Source of the DNA: Terriglobia bacterium
Lineage (GTDB): Bacteria; Acidobacteriota; Terriglobia; Acidiferrales; UBA7541
Direction: 5' to 3'
Assembly: GCA_963695545.1 (NCBI GenBank)
Contig: OY968796.1
Span: forward strand, 3,648,001-3,712,000
Length of the DNA: 64,000 nucleotides
This document shows positions 62,521 to 64,000 of this stretch, piece after piece. Positions within the stretch are counted from its first letter, which is position 1; every line of letters begins with the position of its first letter. Position numbers and translations under genes: made by a program. Under the pieces are notes generated by a model. It made no database searches. It was not told the DNA's origin and was given only the letters and a program-made list of their open reading frames with translations.

Positions 62521-63312
62521 ATGGAAATCCGGCCCGGCATCACCCTGGCGAACCTGAGCGACATCGGCTGCGTGCGGGAGAACAACGAGGATTATTACTG
62601 CTACGCCGAGCCGGAAAGCGAAGAGGAATTTTCCAAGCGCGGCCGCCTGGCCATCATCGCCGATGGAATGGGCGGATATGAAGGCGGACAGATCGCCAGC
62701 CATATGGCGGTGGAGATTGTCCGCGACGCCTACCTTAAAGATCTCGATGCCGACCCGCTCGACGCTCTTCTTGAAGGGTTTCGCTTAGCCCACCAGCAGA
62801 TTCTCGCAAAGGCCCGCGAGAGCGAATTGCTAGACGGCATGGGCACCACCTGCACGGCCGCGGTGATCCTCGGAAAAAATCTGATCTACGCGCACGTGGG
62901 CGATAGCCGGCTTTATTTGCTGCGCGGGCCGGACATTTTCCAGATCACGCGCGACCATTCCTACGTGAACAAGATGGTTGAGGCGGGCATGCTGACGCCC
63001 GAAGAAGCCGAGCATCATCCACAGAAAAATGTTCTGATGATGGCGCTCGGCGCGTCGAAAGAAATTCGCGCGGATTGCCCGGCCGAGCCGATGCCGCTCG
63101 AGCCCGGCGATACGCTATTGATGTGCACCGACGGATTGTCCGGGCTCGTTAGCAATCAGGAATTTCAGGAAGCGGTGAACGGCAAACCGCTCGACCAGGC
63201 TTGCAAGGCTCTAATCGATCTCGCAAAATCGCGCGGTGGACACGATAATATCACCGTGCAGCTTTTGCGCGTGGCGTCGGAAGGAATGCGCAAAACGCTG
63301 ATCGAGGAATAG
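62521..63312 (+). CDS. Stp1/PrpC-family PP2C Ser/Thr phosphatase
   Basis: RENNED, ADGMGG, GMGTT, HVGDSR, CTDGL, GHDNIT. Confidence 0.95.
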   Translation: MEIRPGITLANLSDIGCVRENNEDYYCYAEPESEEEFSKRGRLAIIADGMGGYEGGQIASHMAVEIVRDAYLKDLDADPLDALLEGFRLAHQQILAKARESELLDGMGTTCTAAVILGKNLIYAHVGDSRLYLLRGPDIFQITRDHSYVNKMVEAGMLTPEEAEHHPQKNVLMMALGASKEIRADCPAEPMPLEPGDTLLMCTDGLSGLVSNQEFQEAVNGKPLDQACKALIDLAKSRGGHDNITVQLLRVASEGMRKTLIEE

Positions 63313-63359
63313 GCCGAGCAGAACGCGGCGCCGCGCTTAGGTGACTTGAACAAGAAGCC

Positions 63360-64000
63360 ATGGACTTGATCGGGACCCAAATCGGCAGTTATCAGATCGT
63401 CGAGAAAATCGGCGAAGGCGGCATGGGCGTGGTCTACCGGGGCGTAGACGTCACGCTCGACCGGCCCGTGGCGATCAAAGTGCTCTCGCAGGAATTGGTG
63501 GGCACACCCGCCCTGGTGGAACGCTTTCGCGCTGAGGCGCGCGCGCAAGCCAATTTAAATCACACGAACATCGCCACGCTGTACAGTTTCATGCAGGTCA
63601 ATGGCGTTTGCGTGATGGTCATGGAGCTGCTCGACGGCGAGACCTTCGACCAAATCATTCGGCGCCGCGGAGTGATTCCCGCCGAAGAAGCTGTGCCGCT
63701 CTTTCGCCAGGCGCTTCTGGGCATCGGCTTCGCGCACCGCATGGGCATCGTTCACCGCGATATCAAGCCCAGCAACATCATGCTGACCAAATCCGGAATC
63801 GTGAAGGTGATGGATTTCGGAATTGCCAAGGTGCTGGGCGGTCAGCGCATGACGCGTACCGGAACGCGCATGGGAACCGTCGCGTACATGTCGCCCGAGC
63901 AGATTCGCAACATGCCGGTGGACATCCGCTCCGACATTTACAGCCTCGGCGCGACACTCTATGAAATGTTTACGGCTCACCTGCCCTTTGAGAGCGAAAG
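63360..64000 (+). CDS. Hanks-type Ser/Thr kinase, 3'-partial (missing from the ORF track)
   Basis: Hand translation MDLIGTQIGSYQIVEKIGEGGMGVVY..VAIK..HRDIKPSN..DFG..YMSPEQ; open to the window end. Confidence 0.93.
   Translation, partial: MDLIGTQIGSYQIVEKIGEGGMGVVYRGVDVTLDRPVAIKVLSQELVGTPALVERFRAEARAQANLNHTNIATLYSFMQVNGVCVMVMELLDGETFDQIIRRRGVIPAEEAVPLFRQALLGIGFAHRMGIVHRDIKPSNIMLTKSGIVKVMDFGIAKVLGGQRMTRTGTRMGTVAYMSPEQIRNMPVDIRSDIYSLGATLYEMFTAHLPFESE

Overview
GC-rich bacterial chromosome segment; gene content (VWA protein, conserved XRE regulator, GTAG-type REPs, Tat-exported TIM-barrel proteins) suggests Acidobacteriota, which is an inference. Most of the window is housekeeping and signalling genes: pdxR-pdxS-pdxT, an osmoprotectant ABC transporter, nuoB, pilD with a sigma54 two-component pair, an ECF/anti-sigma module, guaA, leuS, nfo, an ABC-F ATPase, aroF/ubiE/aroB, tatBC, tRNA-Val and tRNA-Asp, an MHYT hybrid kinase-Hpt-GGDEF relay and a protease-FHA/FHA/PP2C/kinase operon. 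Two things stand out. (1) There are two diverged copies of a roughly 400-bp non-coding element: 7580-7950 on the minus strand, and 37900-38320 plus 40946-40964 on the plus strand. Both run in the order paired TTCGAA boxes, TTGACA promoter, leader, array of ~23-bp motifs, G-tract. (2) A complete 2617-bp IS1595-family element (38321-40937) with terminal inverted repeats, an 8-bp target duplication and 3-4 passenger genes (including a DUF3800-like protein) has inserted into the 3' end of the second copy. All calls are by eye; no searches were run.
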